From positions 1-6,246 of the forward strand of contig JADGIF010000597.1 of assembly GCA_018985225.1 (NCBI GenBank): a DNA stretch of 6,246 nucleotides. Direction: 5' to 3'. Below the pieces are notes generated by a model. The model was not told the origin of the DNA. It ran no database searches and saw only the letters and a program-made list of their open reading frames with translations. The stretch is from Amoeboradix gromovi X-113 (taxonomy: Eukaryota; Fungi; Sanchytriomycota). Made by a program: the position numbers and the translations under genes. Of this stretch, positions 5,702-6,246 are shown piece by piece (position 1 is the first letter of the stretch; each line of letters opens with the position of its first letter).

Positions 5702-6246
5702 ATGAAACTTAATCGACTGGCCTCGGCAACGTCTCCATACCTTCTTCAACACAAATCAGACCTTGTTGACTGGTATCCCTGGTCAGATGAAGCTATTAAT
5801 AAGGCCATTCAGCTGGACAAACCAGTCTTCCTATCAATCGGCTACTCCACTTGCCATTGGTGTCATGTACAACACCACCTGAGCTTCCAAAACACAGAAA
5901 TAGTTGATTTGTTAAACGATAACTTTGTTTGTATTAAGGTAGACAAAGAGCAACGCCCTGATGTTGATGCAATGTACATGCCATTTGTCATCAACATAAC
6001 AGGCGGCGGCGGCCACCCTATGAGCATATTTACAACACCTAGAATGCGTCCTTTTTTTGGTGGTACATACTTCGACCCTTCTACGTTTAAATCCCTCCTG
6101 ATAAATGTTGCTGAAAAATGGGATTCTAATAAAAAAGATTTGTTGGAATCTGCAGATCATGTCCATGGTGTATTGTCTAATCAGGACTCTTTTTCTTTAA
6201 TTAAAGCTGACCACTCGGCCAATGTTGGTGACCTGCTTATGCGGCA
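5702..6246 (+). CDS. SPATA20: SPATA20/SSP411/YyaL-family protein (thioredoxin-like DUF255 N-terminal domain), 5' part; continues off the right edge
   Basis: Hand translation from ATG 5702 is open to the window end: [93 protein letters not shown]...[24 protein letters not shown]. These are the family's signature motifs. Confidence 0.96.
   Translation, partial: MKLNRLASATSPYLLQHKSDLVDWYPWSDEAINKAIQLDKPVFLSIGYSTCHWCHVQHHLSFQNTEIVDLLNDNFVCIKVDKEQRPDVDAMYMPFVINITGGGGHPMSIFTTPRMRPFFGGTYFDPSTFKSLLINVAEKWDSNKKDLLESADHVHGVLSNQDSFSLIKADHSANVGDLLMR

Noticed and set aside
2075-6166. Short track ORFs 2075-2269, 4084-4317, 4606-4797, 4906-5106, 5000-5188, 5216-5476 and 5912-6166
   Set aside because: They are antisense or off-frame shadows of well-supported genes and have no motifs.

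Overview
AT-rich, very gene-dense window with apparently intronless genes. It is most consistent with a compact eukaryotic genome; an early-diverging fungus such as a sanchytrid is my inference, not a database result. Left to right: (1) the 5' part of a minus-strand P-loop NTPase gene running off the left edge; (2) a short duplicated hairpin/CTAG repeat; (3) a decayed minus-strand coding region carrying an insertion footprint; (4) a 351-aa coiled-coil protein; (5) a ~450-bp internally deleted IS607/Fanzor2-like element on the minus strand, made of the N-terminal HTH of a serine-transposase TnpA, the Zn-finger/RuvC-III tail of a TnpB/Fanzor nuclease (in a frame missing from the ORF track) and a structured, omega-RNA-like right end about 25 bp upstream of the coiled-coil gene's ATG; (6) a degenerate Cys-rich, possibly F-box ORF; (7) a signal peptide-LRR-Ser/Thr stalk-TM receptor-like protein; (8) an FtsJ/RlmE (MRM2-like) rRNA methyltransferase; (9) the 5' part of a SPATA20/YyaL gene running off the right edge. 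The most interesting signal is the miniature Fanzor2/IS607 derivative that appears to keep its guide-RNA end.
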